The position numbers and the translations under genes were made by a program. Positions 47,997 through 59,096 of a stretch of 64,000 bases of DNA are shown in pieces; positions within the stretch are counted from its first letter, which is position 1, and every line of letters starts with the position of its first letter. The DNA is taken from the NCBI GenBank assembly GCA_965238075.1, contig OZ250173.1:448001-512000 (forward strand). Direction: 5' to 3'. This DNA comes from Candidatus Entotheonellaceae bacterium. Lineage in GTDB: Bacteria > Tectomicrobia > Entotheonellia > Entotheonellales > Entotheonellaceae. The notes below the pieces were generated by a model that was given only the letters and a program-made list of their open reading frames with translations, made no database searches and was not told the origin of the DNA.

Positions 47997-48013
47997 AGGA
48001 CGGCCGTCGTACT

Positions 48014-48643
48014 TCACCGCGTATCGCCCCACTGATCCCAATACGTCCGCTGCCGTGCCGGGATGCGTCGGGCGGGCTTGAAATCGTCGCCGGTGTAATA
48101 GGCCACCGGCAACAGCACGGCCTGCACGATGTTATCGGGAACACCCAGCAGGGCTGCCACCTCTTGCTCGTAGCGCAGGTGCAGTGTCGTCCACGCCGAG
48201 CCCAGCCCGCGGGCGCGCAGCGCCAGCATGAGCGACCACACGGCCGGCAGAATGCTGGCAAAGACGCCCGGCCCAGCCCCCGCCGGCGCCGGGCCGGAGG
48301 ACTCGACACACGCCACGACCAGCACCGGCGCGTTGTGCATCTGTTCGGCGAGATAGGTGGCCGAGCTGATGAGGCCGGGGTCCGTCTGGCTCGCCTCGGC
48401 CTGACGTTCCGGGGTGTAGACCTCCAGATACGCGCGTTTGTAGATGGCGGACAGCTCGGCCCGCTTTGCCTCGTTGGTGATCACCACGAAGTGATACCGT
48501 TGAATGTTGCCGCCGGTCGGCGCCTGAATGGCAATCTCGAGGCATTCCTGGAGGATTTCCGGCGGCACCGGACGGCTGAAGTCGAGCCGCTTGCGCACCG
48601 TGCGCGTGGTGGTGAGCAGTTTGTCTACCGTGGCGAGGTCCAT
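48014..48643 (-). CDS. Nitroreductase family protein
   Basis: TTTRTVRKRLD, QAPTGGNIQ and SILPAVWSLMLALRARGLGSAWTTLHL. Confidence 0.93.
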   Translation of the reverse strand: MDLATVDKLLTTTRTVRKRLDFSRPVPPEILQECLEIAIQAPTGGNIQRYHFVVITNEAKRAELSAIYKRAYLEVYTPERQAEASQTDPGLISSATYLAEQMHNAPVLVVACVESSGPAPAGAGPGVFASILPAVWSLMLALRARGLGSAWTTLHLRYEQEVAALLGVPDNIVQAVLLPVAYYTGDDFKPARRIPARQRTYWDQWGDTR

Positions 48644-48720
48644 ACCTGGCAACTCCATTTTCTGTGTTGTGCTGTTGAACCCGAGTCAAGCTGGAAAAAC
48701 TTGGCCCAAGCTTGGAACCG

Positions 48721-48749
48721 TGGATTCCGGGTCAAGCCCGGAATGACGG
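48721..48749. repeat. CGTCATTCCGGGCTTGACCCGGAATCCA-type palindromic repeat
   Basis: TGGATTCCGGG-TCAAG-CCCGGAATGACGG in an intergenic position. Confidence 0.7.
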
Positions 48750-48768
48750 GTCTGGGGATTCAGGCGGG

Positions 48769-49833
48769 TCACCGCACGTCATCCGGCCTCACGGGCCGCT
48801 CCGTGCGGGCCGCCTCATAGATGGCGAGCGCGATCTGCAGGATGGTTTTCGAGGTTGGCGCGTCGAGGCGCGGCTGGCGACCGGCAAGCAGGCTGTCGAT
48901 GAAGTCCGCCGCGGCGCCGTCGAAACTCAGCCGCCAATCCATCGGCACCTGATAGCTCTGCGTTTCGGCGCCCTTGAACACCATGACGGGCGGCAGATCG
49001 TACATCTCCCCCGAGCAGCGCGTCACCCACATGACGCCGTGCGAGCCGTGAATCTCGAAAAACTCGTCCACCGGCACGTACTTGCCCCGCATCACCAAGT
49101 TCGGCGACGCCGCGTAGTCCAGCACCCCCAGGCAGTTGCGGCCCTTAAACGACCAGATGGCGGCGCTGGGCGCCTCCATCATGAAGGCATCGCTGCGGTT
49201 CACCATGCTCATGATGCGCTCGATCTCGCCGATCCAGTACAGCGCGACGGCGTATTTGTGCACGCCGTCGTCGTACAGCAGGCCGCCGGGGTTCAGCGCC
49301 GCGTCCCGGCGCCACACCACCGCCTCCGGGTCACGTTCGATAGCCGGCTCGGCGATGTCCTCGACCCGTGTGGTATGCAGGCGCACCAGGGACGGCTCGC
49401 CGATGACGCCCGCGTCCAGGAGTTCCTTAGCCTTCACAATCGGCGGGTAGTAGAGGAAATTCTCGGTAATGCGGAAAGTCGTGCCGGCCTGCGCCGCGGC
49501 GGCGATGATGCGGTCCGCCTCGGACACGGTGGCGCACATGGGCTTCTGGCACGAAACGTGTTTACCGGCCTGCAGCGCGGCGAGGATCTGATCGACGTGC
49601 AGGAAGGTCGGGGTCAGCAATTCAACCGCATCGACGGCCGGATCGTTAAGCACCTGCTCGTAGTCGGTGTAAATCGCCGGCGTGATACCCCACTGCCGGG
49701 CGCGGTGCTCGGCCTTGCCGCGAACGGTGTCGCACAGGGCCACAACCTCGCACTTGGGATGCTGCAGGTAACCCGGCGCGTTGAGCTGCGAGATGTTGCC
49801 GCACCCGACGATTGCCAAGCGGACTTTATCCAT
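48769..49833 (-). CDS. Gfo/Idh/MocA family oxidoreductase
   Basis: AIVGCGNI, GKHVSCQKPM and GGLLYDDGVH. Confidence 0.93.
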   Translation of the reverse strand: MDKVRLAIVGCGNISQLNAPGYLQHPKCEVVALCDTVRGKAEHRARQWGITPAIYTDYEQVLNDPAVDAVELLTPTFLHVDQILAALQAGKHVSCQKPMCATVSEADRIIAAAAQAGTTFRITENFLYYPPIVKAKELLDAGVIGEPSLVRLHTTRVEDIAEPAIERDPEAVVWRRDAALNPGGLLYDDGVHKYAVALYWIGEIERIMSMVNRSDAFMMEAPSAAIWSFKGRNCLGVLDYAASPNLVMRGKYVPVDEFFEIHGSHGVMWVTRCSGEMYDLPPVMVFKGAETQSYQVPMDWRLSFDGAAADFIDSLLAGRQPRLDAPTSKTILQIALAIYEAARTERPVRPDDVR

Positions 49834-49942
49834 GTTGATGGGCTCCCGGATGGATTCGGATGGCCTGCGAACGAGGCGCCCATACTACCCGTGAAGCCCT
49901 GACTGCGCAATGCTGTGTCGGGCGGGGCTTAACGAAAGGAAG

Positions 49943-49973
49943 CGTCGGATTATGCGGCGCTAATCCGACCTAC
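49943..49973 (-). repeat. GTAG-family REP element
   Basis: GTAG-GTCGGATTA-GCGCCGCA-TAATCCGAC; related copy at 61742-61771. Confidence 0.75.
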
Positions 49974-49993
49974 ATGTGTGCGCCCCTACCGAA

Positions 49994-51586
49994 TCAGCTC
50001 TGTCGCACGATCCGCATCATAACCACGATACAGCCGATCACAATGGACAGATACAGCAATAGCGCGAAGCAATCGCTAAAGGCGTGCAACAGCGCTTCGC
50101 GGCGCACAAACCCGGCCAGCGTGCCGTGCGCATATAGGTCCATGAACTGGCTGCCGAGCCGATCCCACACACCTGCAAAGGCGTTGAGTGCGTGTTGCGT
50201 ACCGATGGCGTCGTAGGTCTGCGTTTCCGCGAAGCGCGCCTGATGAATCGTTTGCCAGCGCTCCAGCATGGTACTAAGCAGGGAAATGCCGAAGGTACCG
50301 CCGAGCACCAGACTGAGGCTGAGCAGACTGGAGGCCATACGCGCCCGGTCCGTCTCCAGCCCGCTGGTGGCCGTGGCGAAGACCGGCGCGTTCAAGAACC
50401 CCAGGCCAATGCTGCGCCAAATGTAGGCCCAGGTGAAATAGCCGAGCGTGACGCGCCCGTCCGCGGTCAACATGAGGTAGCAGAAGACCCCGAACGCCGC
50501 CGCCCCGATCGTCATGGGAATACGCGGGTCGATGCGGTCGACCAGCCAGCCGGCGATCAGCGCACAGATGATCATGGCCGCGGCGCCCGGGGTCAGCGCC
50601 AGAGCCGACTGCTGCACGGAATAATCCAAGCCAAGCTGCATGAACAGCACCGTTAGAAAACTACTGCTGTAGAAGAACACACCGAGGATGAAGGCGGCAC
50701 AGGTGCCGCTGGCGTAGAGCAGGCGGCGGTACAAGCTGAGATCAAGCAGCGGGATGGCGATGCGGCCTTCGATGAAGAGAAACAGGCACGCAGCGACGCC
50801 GCAGATCGCCAGCAGGCTCAGAATGAACGTCGAGTCCCAGCCCTCCTGCTGAACCTGGCTGAGGGCCACCAGCAGGCTCACCAAGGCGGCGCTCAGCGTG
50901 ACGAATCCCCAGCCGTCGAACGGCACTTCATCCTCCCGCGCGGAGGGTCTCACCAGCAGCAAGACACCCAAAACGGCGAGGCTGCCGGGCACCAGGTTCA
51001 GGTAGAAAACCGTGCGCCACTCCACGGCGTCGGCGACGAACCCGGCAATAGGCAGGCCAAACAGGTTGCCCAGCGAGGCCCCGGCTGCCCACAGGGAGGT
51101 GCCCAGACCGCGTTGGCGCGGCGGCGTGACTTCCAACATGAGAGCCAGGGAAATGGGCATCAGCACGGCGGCGCCGACGCCCTGCAGAATGCGCACCAGA
51201 ATGAGGACTTCAATGCTTGGCGCCGCGCCGCACAGGGCGGAGGCGCTGATGAAGATCGTGACGCCGAGCGCGTAGAGGCGCTGGTTGCCCAGCTTCCGGC
51301 CGACCCAGCCGAGGGTCGGCATGGTGACCGCAGTGGCAATCAGGTAGGCGGTCATCACCCAGCGGGCCGTCAGCACGTCCGCCCCCAGGCCGCTCATGAT
51401 GCGCGGCAGGGTGACGTTCACGACGTTAATGTCGAGGATATTGATGAAGGGGCCGAGCATGCAGGACATCATCACGCCCGCGACGACGAGGGGGCTTGGG
51501 GCTGCGGGCGTGGCAACGTCAGCGGATTGTCCGTTGACGGATTCCTGTTGCTTGGCTTGGGGATGCGGAGTGGGTGCGGAGGCCAT
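49994..51586 (-). CDS. DHA2 (EmrB/QacA) MFS efflux transporter
   Basis: LDINVVNVTLP, WVMTAYL, RILQGVG and WRTVFYLN; about 14 TM; start uncertain. Confidence 0.93.
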   Translation of the reverse strand: MASAPTPHPQAKQQESVNGQSADVATPAAPSPLVVAGVMMSCMLGPFINILDINVVNVTLPRIMSGLGADVLTARWVMTAYLIATAVTMPTLGWVGRKLGNQRLYALGVTIFISASALCGAAPSIEVLILVRILQGVGAAVLMPISLALMLEVTPPRQRGLGTSLWAAGASLGNLFGLPIAGFVADAVEWRTVFYLNLVPGSLAVLGVLLLVRPSAREDEVPFDGWGFVTLSAALVSLLVALSQVQQEGWDSTFILSLLAICGVAACLFLFIEGRIAIPLLDLSLYRRLLYASGTCAAFILGVFFYSSSFLTVLFMQLGLDYSVQQSALALTPGAAAMIICALIAGWLVDRIDPRIPMTIGAAAFGVFCYLMLTADGRVTLGYFTWAYIWRSIGLGFLNAPVFATATSGLETDRARMASSLLSLSLVLGGTFGISLLSTMLERWQTIHQARFAETQTYDAIGTQHALNAFAGVWDRLGSQFMDLYAHGTLAGFVRREALLHAFSDCFALLLYLSIVIGCIVVMMRIVRQS

Positions 51587-51805
51587 AGATGCCCTAATTT
51601 TAACCGCTCCGGCCTTCAATCACAAGGCAGGCTCCGATACGGTCCCCCTGCGCCTGCGCTGAGCGGCAAACCCCACAAGCGTTTATAATTGCCCCACCGT
51701 GTGCAGGTCGAATACGGGCGGGAAAACCTATTGGCCTGGCCCGCGGACGCGTGCACTCGAAATTCCATCATGCCAGCAATACATCTCGCACAAGGAGCGC
51801 AATAC

Positions 51806-52594
51806 GTGGATCTCGAATTGAACGGTAAGGTCGCCCTCATCACCGGCGGCAGCAAGGGCATTGGCAAGGCCATCGCCCTGGAGCTGGCCAAGGAAGGCGT
51901 CGACATCGCCATCGCCGCCCGCTCGCAGGGCCCGTTGGATGAGGCCGCCGAAGAGCTGCGGGCCACCGGCAGGCGGGTCGTGGCCGTCGCTGCCGACATG
52001 ATGAAGTGGGACGACGTGCAGAACATGGTCGACACCACCGTTGCCCAGCTGGGCAGCATCGACATTCTGATCAACAACGCCGCCATGGTGGGCGGGCAGG
52101 TGCGCGGCACCCTTGCCGAGGCTACCGAGAAAGACATGATCGAGGACCTGGACACCAAGGTCGTGGGCTATTTCCGCTGCATGAAGGCGGTGGTGCCGCA
52201 CATGCAACGCCAAGGCTGGGGGCGCATCATCAGCATCGGCGGCGTCTCGGCGCGCCAGTCCACCATTTACGGCCTGCGCAACGCCGCGGTAGTGCACATG
52301 ACCAAAACCTTCTCCGACCAGCTCGGCGGCGACGGCATTACGCTGAACGTCGTGCATCCCGGCTTGACCCTGTCGGAAACCGTCAGCACCATGCTCGACA
52401 AACGCGCCGAAAACCAAGGCGTGTCGCGCGCCGACATCGAGAACGAATCGTCCCAACGGGTGGCCATTCGGCGGCCTATCGATCCACAGGAACTTGCTTA
52501 TCTGGTGGCGTTCCTGGCTTCCCCGAAGGCGCACTGCGTCACCGGCGAAGTGATCGCGGCCGGCGGCGGTGCCATGGGGGCGGTATTTCAATAA
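51806..52594 (+). CDS. Short-chain dehydrogenase/reductase (atypical YxxxN active site)
   Basis: TGGSKGIG, DILINNA and YGLRN; AAGGAG RBS before GTG. Confidence 0.92.
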   Translation: MDLELNGKVALITGGSKGIGKAIALELAKEGVDIAIAARSQGPLDEAAEELRATGRRVVAVAADMMKWDDVQNMVDTTVAQLGSIDILINNAAMVGGQVRGTLAEATEKDMIEDLDTKVVGYFRCMKAVVPHMQRQGWGRIISIGGVSARQSTIYGLRNAAVVHMTKTFSDQLGGDGITLNVVHPGLTLSETVSTMLDKRAENQGVSRADIENESSQRVAIRRPIDPQELAYLVAFLASPKAHCVTGEVIAAGGGAMGAVFQ

Positions 52595-52628
52595 TGGTCA
52601 GGAGCGCGGTGTCAACGGAGGAAGCGGT

Positions 52629-53807
52629 GTGAAGGACGAGACACGGCTAGTGCATGCCGGCAGAGACCCGCAGCGCGACGGCGGCATCGTCAACCCGCCC
52701 GTCAGCCGCGCCTCCACGGTGCTGTACCCGACGCTGGACGCCTTTGCCAGACGCAGCGATGGCGACGCCAAGTACCGCGCCGTGCGCTACGGCGCCTACG
52801 GGGTGGCCAATACCTTTGCCCTGGCCGACGCGGTGGCGGAACTGGAAGGCGGCGTCGGTACGGTGGTCACGTCCACCGGCCTGTCCGCTGTCACCCTCGC
52901 CATCACCGCGCTGGTGGGGCAAGGGGATCACGTCCTTATGACGGATTCCGCCTACGGCCCGACGCGCGCTTTCTGCGACGAGGTGCTGACCCGATTCGGC
53001 GTCGAAACCACCTACTACGACCCGCTCATCGGCGCCGGCATCACTGGACTAGTGCGGCCCAACACCCAGGTCGTGTTCACCGAATCCCCCGGCTCCCTCA
53101 CCTTCGAAGTGCAAGACATTCCCGCCATTGCCGACGCTGCCCACCAGAATGGGGCCCTGGTCCTGCTGGACAACACCTGGTCCGCGGGGCTGTTCTTCAA
53201 GCCCTTCGACCACGGTGTCGATGTCTCCATCCAGGCCGCAACCAAGTACATTTCCGGCCACTCCGACGCCGTCATCGGCGCCATCACCGCCCGCACCGAG
53301 GCGCTGTTTCGCCGCATCAAGGACACCGCCATGGCCTTTGGCGACGTGGCCGCGCCGGACACCAGCTACCTGGCCCTGCGCGGCCTGCGCTCCATGGCCG
53401 CGCGGCTGCGGCAACAGCAGGCGGCTGGCCTACAGATCGCCGAATGGCTGCGCGGCCGGCCCGAGGTGAAGCGCGTCCTCTACCCTGCCCTTCCCGGCGA
53501 CCCCGGACACACTATCTGGAAGCGCGATTTTACCGGCGCGTGCAGCCTGTTCAGCGTGGTGTTACACACCAGCGACGAAGCTGCCGTCGCCCGCATGGTT
53601 GACGCCTACCAATACTTCAAGATCGGCGCCAGTTGGGGCGGCTTCGAAAGCCTCGTCATCCCCGCCTACCCCGCCCAACTGCGCACCGCCGTTCCCTGGA
53701 CGGACCCCGGCTTCGTGCTCCGCTACCACGTCGGTCTGGAAGCTCCTGAGGATTTGATTGCTGATCTGGAGGATGGGTTCGAGCGTCTGTGGCAGGCCCT
53801 GAGCTGA
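52629..53807 (+). CDS. metC: Cystathionine beta-lyase
   Basis: VNPPVSRASTV, ESPGSLTFEVQD, DNTW, AATKYISGHSD and GASWGGFESL. Confidence 0.95.
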   Translation: MKDETRLVHAGRDPQRDGGIVNPPVSRASTVLYPTLDAFARRSDGDAKYRAVRYGAYGVANTFALADAVAELEGGVGTVVTSTGLSAVTLAITALVGQGDHVLMTDSAYGPTRAFCDEVLTRFGVETTYYDPLIGAGITGLVRPNTQVVFTESPGSLTFEVQDIPAIADAAHQNGALVLLDNTWSAGLFFKPFDHGVDVSIQAATKYISGHSDAVIGAITARTEALFRRIKDTAMAFGDVAAPDTSYLALRGLRSMAARLRQQQAAGLQIAEWLRGRPEVKRVLYPALPGDPGHTIWKRDFTGACSLFSVVLHTSDEAAVARMVDAYQYFKIGASWGGFESLVIPAYPAQLRTAVPWTDPGFVLRYHVGLEAPEDLIADLEDGFERLWQALS

Positions 53808-53929
53808 GAATCGGACGCAATGGCGGATAGGCTTCGGCCAGAATACGACTTGTGGATCATGCGGGTGAGAAAAATTGGCTCCGGGCGGTTTTGAAGGAAC
53901 AGATGAAAGGCTACTTGTTCAGGTTTTCC

Positions 53930-54172
53930 CTAGCGTTGGGCCGCGATAGTCTTCAATCGGCGCCATCGAGTATGTTGGCGCAGGCTTGGCTTTGTGTCGG
54001 CAATGGTCTCGACTGCCTCGTCAAGACCGTACGGCGTTATCCCCGGATTATGGGGAACCAATTTGTCCAGCAGAGTAAGTATCGACTCGGGGTTTCGCTT
54101 TGCAGATTCAGACAGTTTGCCGTCTTTTTGGGAGATTTCATAAATGAGAGAATGATCCTGAGATACTGGAAC
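53930..54172 (-). pseudogene. Detached C-terminal 80 codons of the Dsr1-like SIR2 gene
   Basis: Open frame VPVSQDHSLIYE...RWRRLKTIAAQR* joins in frame to ...ILPHL once the IS and one TA copy are removed. Confidence 0.88.
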
Positions 54173-54174
54173 TA

Positions 54175-55382
54175 ATGTAGATCCCTATTGAGACCAAGAA
54201 TTTTGGCTATGGACAGGCCCTGTGTGATAGAACCATCTATAAGCGTATCTCTCTCCCCACCGAAAACGGAGGAAACGATGGTTCGACCCGATTTGAACAC
54301 CTGGGGTCACAGCTTGGCTGATTTGCGACGCCTCGCGGTCAACGCCCAGCATCCACGCAGTCGCGAGCGTCTCCTGGCCCTCTACATGATCGCCTCTCAG
54401 CAAACCAATGCGACTACCTGGGCAGCCCACATCGGACATACCAAGGAGACCGTCCTGAGTTGGGTGCATCGTTACAATTTGGCCGGCCTCGCGGGCGTCA
54501 TCTATCGTCACACCGGAGGCCGCCACCCCCTTTTGGCCAAGAGCAACTCGATCAACTCGTCCGCACGGTCGTCGAGACCGACCCGCTCGACCATGGCCTG
54601 CCAGGCCATGCCTGGACCTTGAAAAAGTTGCGACGTTGGCTTGAACAGGTCATCGGCTACGCATGCAGCCGCACGACCTTGCACCGAGTCCTGCGGGCTC
54701 AAAGACTGAGTTGGAAGAAATGCCAAAAAGTGCTCAAGAAGGCCGACCCGCAACGTCGTGCCGCCTTTGTCCAACAATTCCAGGAATTGTTGGCGCGGCT
54801 TTGTCGCCGGGATATCCGCTTGCTCTATATCGATGAAGCCCATCTGCACCGCGATATGGACCTGGGCTACACCTGGGCGCCCGAGGGCAAACCCGCTTGG
54901 CGTCTGAGCGGCTGTGCCTCTTTGGCTGAACGCATCAACTGGTATGGCGCCTACGATTTCTCCTGCGGCCAGTGTTTCATCTGGAACGAGGGCTCCTGTA
55001 ACCAAGCCCATACGATCGAATTCTTACACCACGTTGCCGCTTGGATGGGTGATGAGCCTGGTGAGGTCGTACTCATCTGGGACGGCGCCCCGTGGCACAA
55101 GGCCAAGCGTGTGCAAGCGGCGGCTTCGGAATTGGGCTTCACGTTGGTCGCTCTGCCAAGCTATAGCCCAGACCTGAATCCGATTGAAGGTCTCTGGAAG
55201 TGGATGCGCGAAGAGGTGACGCGCAATTTCTGTCATGCCTCCATGCGCCATCTCTTTGATGCCTGCAAAGCCTTCATCGATCGTATCAATGCCGATCCGC
55301 AACGGTTGGTCTCGCGGTTGTGGCCAAGATTCGAACTCGACCTGGAGTTCGAGAAATTCTTGGTATCAAAGTGAACGCACTT
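54175..55382 (+). mobile_element. IS630 family insertion sequence (1208 bp)
   Basis: TA duplication at 54173-54174 and 55383-55384; 29-bp imperfect TIRs sharing TTGANACCAAGAATTT. Confidence 0.93.
54278..55374 (+). CDS. IS630 transposase in two frames (HTH part from 54278; DDE part in the -1 frame)
   Basis: YIDEAH, IWDGAPWH and LPSYSPDLNPIE; frames overlap at CCCCCTTTT (54526-54534); GGAGG RBS. Confidence 0.9.
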
Positions 55383-58300
55383 TAGATGCGGTAAAATCGT
55401 TTGCACCACATCCGGCAAGAAATCGCCAGAGTCCACCGCTAATCCCGCGAGTTGTTTCGAGGTGTTTTCCGTCCGAAAAGGAGCCTCTTTCGGCCACGCC
55501 TCATCCAGGAAGGGCTTGGCGAAGCGGTTCCACTTCTCACGGTCTCCAAAGAAAACGCCATCTTTGAGGAAAAAGAGGCTTTCGGCGCGCCCTTGGTCGT
55601 TCGTCTGTTGGAGCGCCCGTCGAGCCTCAGCATATGAGATATAGGCCGAATTCTCCTGACACAAGTAACACCCGCACACAAGAACATGGTGAAGTTTTCG
55701 CAGTGCGTCGTCTTCCAGTAGGCATGAGGACACAGAAGGGAACACATTTAAGAAGTGGGGTTTGAGGAGTGAAAACAGGTCCGGTTCCGGTAACGCGCCG
55801 CAGCTGTGAAGAAAGCCGTTCCAGGCAGGTTCCCAATTCTCATGTGCCGAGCCAAACCACGGTACAACCGTACAGCGAACCCAGTCCGGGTCGATCCAGT
55901 TAAGCCGCTGTATGTAACTGGCAACAACGCAGACCGCGTGATCGGAGCCGTCGCCAGGAGCGGTGATCAGGCGTTCGAAGCGTGATTTGATCACGGACGG
56001 AATGCCGGATTCCTTGCCAGGGCTCTGGGAATTCAGCAGTTTGACCAGCAATTTCGCGGCGATGCCAACAGGTGCGTTTATGGCGTGGCTGAGTGTCCGA
56101 CGAGACTGCTCTCCCGAAGTCCAGATGTTACTTGTGGTTGCGTCGGGACCCGCTTCAAAAAGCTTGTCAAGCAGAACGTCCAACATTTCGAGGGCACGGG
56201 GTTGATCTAACTTGGTCAGAGCCGGCAAATGCTTTTCGAGCCATGAGAACACGTCATGCCGTACTTCGAATACTTGACTCGGCGAAAGCCGCGCCAGCCG
56301 CGCTCCAAACAGCCAGACCAGACGAGCCCGCTGACCGTCCGGCCAGCACCGCATGGCCGCGCTCCAAAATTGTTCTGGATAGTTTCCCCTGCGTGCCGCA
56401 TTCGCCAGTGCAGCGACGGCCTTACGGGGCCGCTGCCCGACCAATCCATCGAACGGCCTATAGCTCGTGTGCTCGGAGTGGGATTCTCTCGTAAGCTTAT
56501 TTGCCAAGGGGATAATTTGGTCGAGCGGAGCGTTGATAATCGCGTGGGGATCATCGTCAAATTTCCCACTGAACACCTTCATGTCAAAACTCTTAGCGGC
56601 GTCGACATCCCAATCGTGACACCAATTCGGGTCGGCAGCGCGGAGGTTGGGTAAGATGCCTTTTGTCTCGTCGCTAAGCTCGCAGCCTTGCTGCATGAGC
56701 CAACCTAGCCTTTTGGCAGACTCGATCGAACGGTTTCGCGAGTAATCTTCTTTTGACTCCTTTGCGCCTTGCGCCCGGCCTGCGGCTAGGCGTCGTTCCA
56801 AACGGGTCCGTATATCCGGGGGCAAATCATACCAGCGGGATTTGAGCAGATGAAGCAGTTCCCTACTGTGACGTCGCTCCCAAAATGCTTCGTCTGACAG
56901 CGATAAGAGCCCATCCCCGACCTCCTCTCCCGAAAATAATACTTTCGTCCAAGCCCACAGACTCAACTTATTGAAGAAAAAGGGTTCCTCCCTCGGCCAG
57001 AAGACCGCATCTGCCCGTATGACGTCAGGGCATGCTTCGGCCATGCGGTCGAACAAGTCACGGAACCAGAAGAGATACTTACTCGCATCGTCGGAGTAGG
57101 TCTCTACGGCTCCATCTTCAGAAGGAAATTCAGGATAAAATGTTGAGGTCCGCCAATACTGGGGCTCGGTTTCGATGTCCGCGAGCAGCCCCACTGCCAA
57201 TTCCAGATGTCTGCGGAGAACCTGATAGACAGCCGGTAAAACGTCGTCGGGGATGTCGGGCGGTTCGAGCCTGGTTGTGGGGAATGCAACCTTAAACCGC
57301 GCTATCCGTCCCAGAGGAATTCCAGACCAGTCGACACCCGGCGGTTCGGAGTCAAACCTGGCCGAACTACTATTGATTGCCAGGTGCGGCGCGCTGCTGC
57401 GCTCGAAGGCCCGCAGGATGCCCCTTGTCCAACCCTCTTTCTTGATTCGTTCCCATGTTTTGTACCAGGGCAAATTGCTGTTGTCATCAAAGCCCTTATG
57501 GAATCGTTCGATCAAAAGTCGCCAGAGCGAACGGCACCGGAGAGGGAACACGTCATAATTTTGTGCAATCCATTGTTCGATCAAAGCCAACAGGTCGGGA
57601 TGCAGTGCTTGATATCTCGCGGCCCACCACACCGTGACCGGTTCGTGGGCGACGTTTACGATCCAACGGGCGAGGTGCCGCAGGCGGGGTGGCAGGCGGT
57701 TGGGTCCTCTGGGGTGACGCCAGTATGCCAGTCTTACGAATTCACTAGCCGGGTCGTCCACGGACCGGGATAACAGAGAGTTGATCCGGGGATTCTCTGT
57801 CGCAATGTCGTCATTCGACGGACGAGGCGGATCATCATCCAACCGGTACACAGCCAGGGGATCGTAACCCGGCTGCGATTCATTAAAACTGGGAACAATC
57901 GGCCCGTATCGGAGATGTTCGTCGAACACGCACAGCCATTCGGCAGGCGGAGGGGGCACGGCGTCCGCGAACAGATTCGCGCCGTTGTCGCTTCTGACCA
58001 AGGACGCAACCTGCCCGCGTTCGTGTGTTTTGAGTTTTCTGGGCCCCTTTCGGACGAGCTCCACTATTTTTCGCTTCCACGCCATCGGGTCGTCCGCCCG
58101 CCCTGCCCAGGCGGACAGCGTGTTCCATAAAGCAGCGTGAGTAGTCGTCCCCGCATAAGCGATCGGCTGAACGCCCCTGTCCCGCCAACGCGGCCCGACC
58201 TCTTCATCTGTGCCGCTGTCGAACGCATAGAGCGGCCTGCGAGGCTTACGTCCGTGGGTGTGCAAACCCTGGAGCAGGTATGTGACGGGTGGATCGTTGG

Positions 58301-58985
58301 CAGAGTAACCGAGCAGAACAACGGTGTATCGATCAAGAAGCTCTCGAACGAAGCGGGTTGCCCATCCTTCCGCCAAGTAGGCCCGTCCGAAGTCCGAACT
58401 GCTGACGATAAGCCCTTGCTGCTCATCGCCGGGCTTGATGTTTGGATTGATTCGGCCGTGAAGATAAACGAGTCCTTCTAATGGTTGCCCAGCAGTGAGG
58501 TCGGGCAACGCCGGCGGGATATGGGTTTTCAATCGTCGCTTCGCAGCTTTCTCAAAAAGCCGATCAAAGTTTGTGGTAACAATCTGCGGCTTGCCGTCAG
58601 CATTCCTGGACAGGCGCAGAATGGTTTCATGCTGTGTCAGTCCGGCATTTCGTTTTGTTTTCAGCCTCTTTGCAATCTGATAGTCGATCTGCTCCGCCGT
58701 GTATTCCCGCTGTTGCAACAGGTTGAATATCTGATCAAGCGGTGGACGTGCCTCTTCCGGCAGATCTTCGCGGTCCCACCACGCCAGTAATTTACGCGAC
58801 GCAGCGTCATCGGGTGCACCCAGTTTGTCCACGACGTGCGTCGCCAATTCGAGGAAGGTCGGCATCCCAACGGGATAAGAAACCCCTGCACCACATAGGA
58901 ACACAACGTTCCCCTCATCGCGCATTTCGAGCAGTTCATCGGGAATGGTCGGTCCGTCAGGAAGAAAACGCATGGTCGGGGCCAT
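55383..58985 (-). CDS. Large SIR2-domain protein, Dsr1-like anti-phage sirtuin; interrupted by IS630 (the ORF runs on to 55233)
   Basis: GPTIPDELL...VVFLCGAGVS, IVTTNFD, VYLHG, SSDFGRAYL and LLGYSANDP, then a long helical C-terminal region. Confidence 0.85.
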
Positions 58986-59096
58986 TACTTATGGAGTTTA
59001 ATCGCGGCTTTCGTGTGTCGAAACGAGGCCGAGAACAGTAGAGTGCTCTTCCTTATTTTGTTGAGGTCCACAAAACGACGCTCCTGTTTCAGATAC

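Noticed and set aside
53852..54175. 107-aa plus-strand ORF beside the IS
   Set aside because: Antisense to the detached C-terminus of the SIR2 gene.
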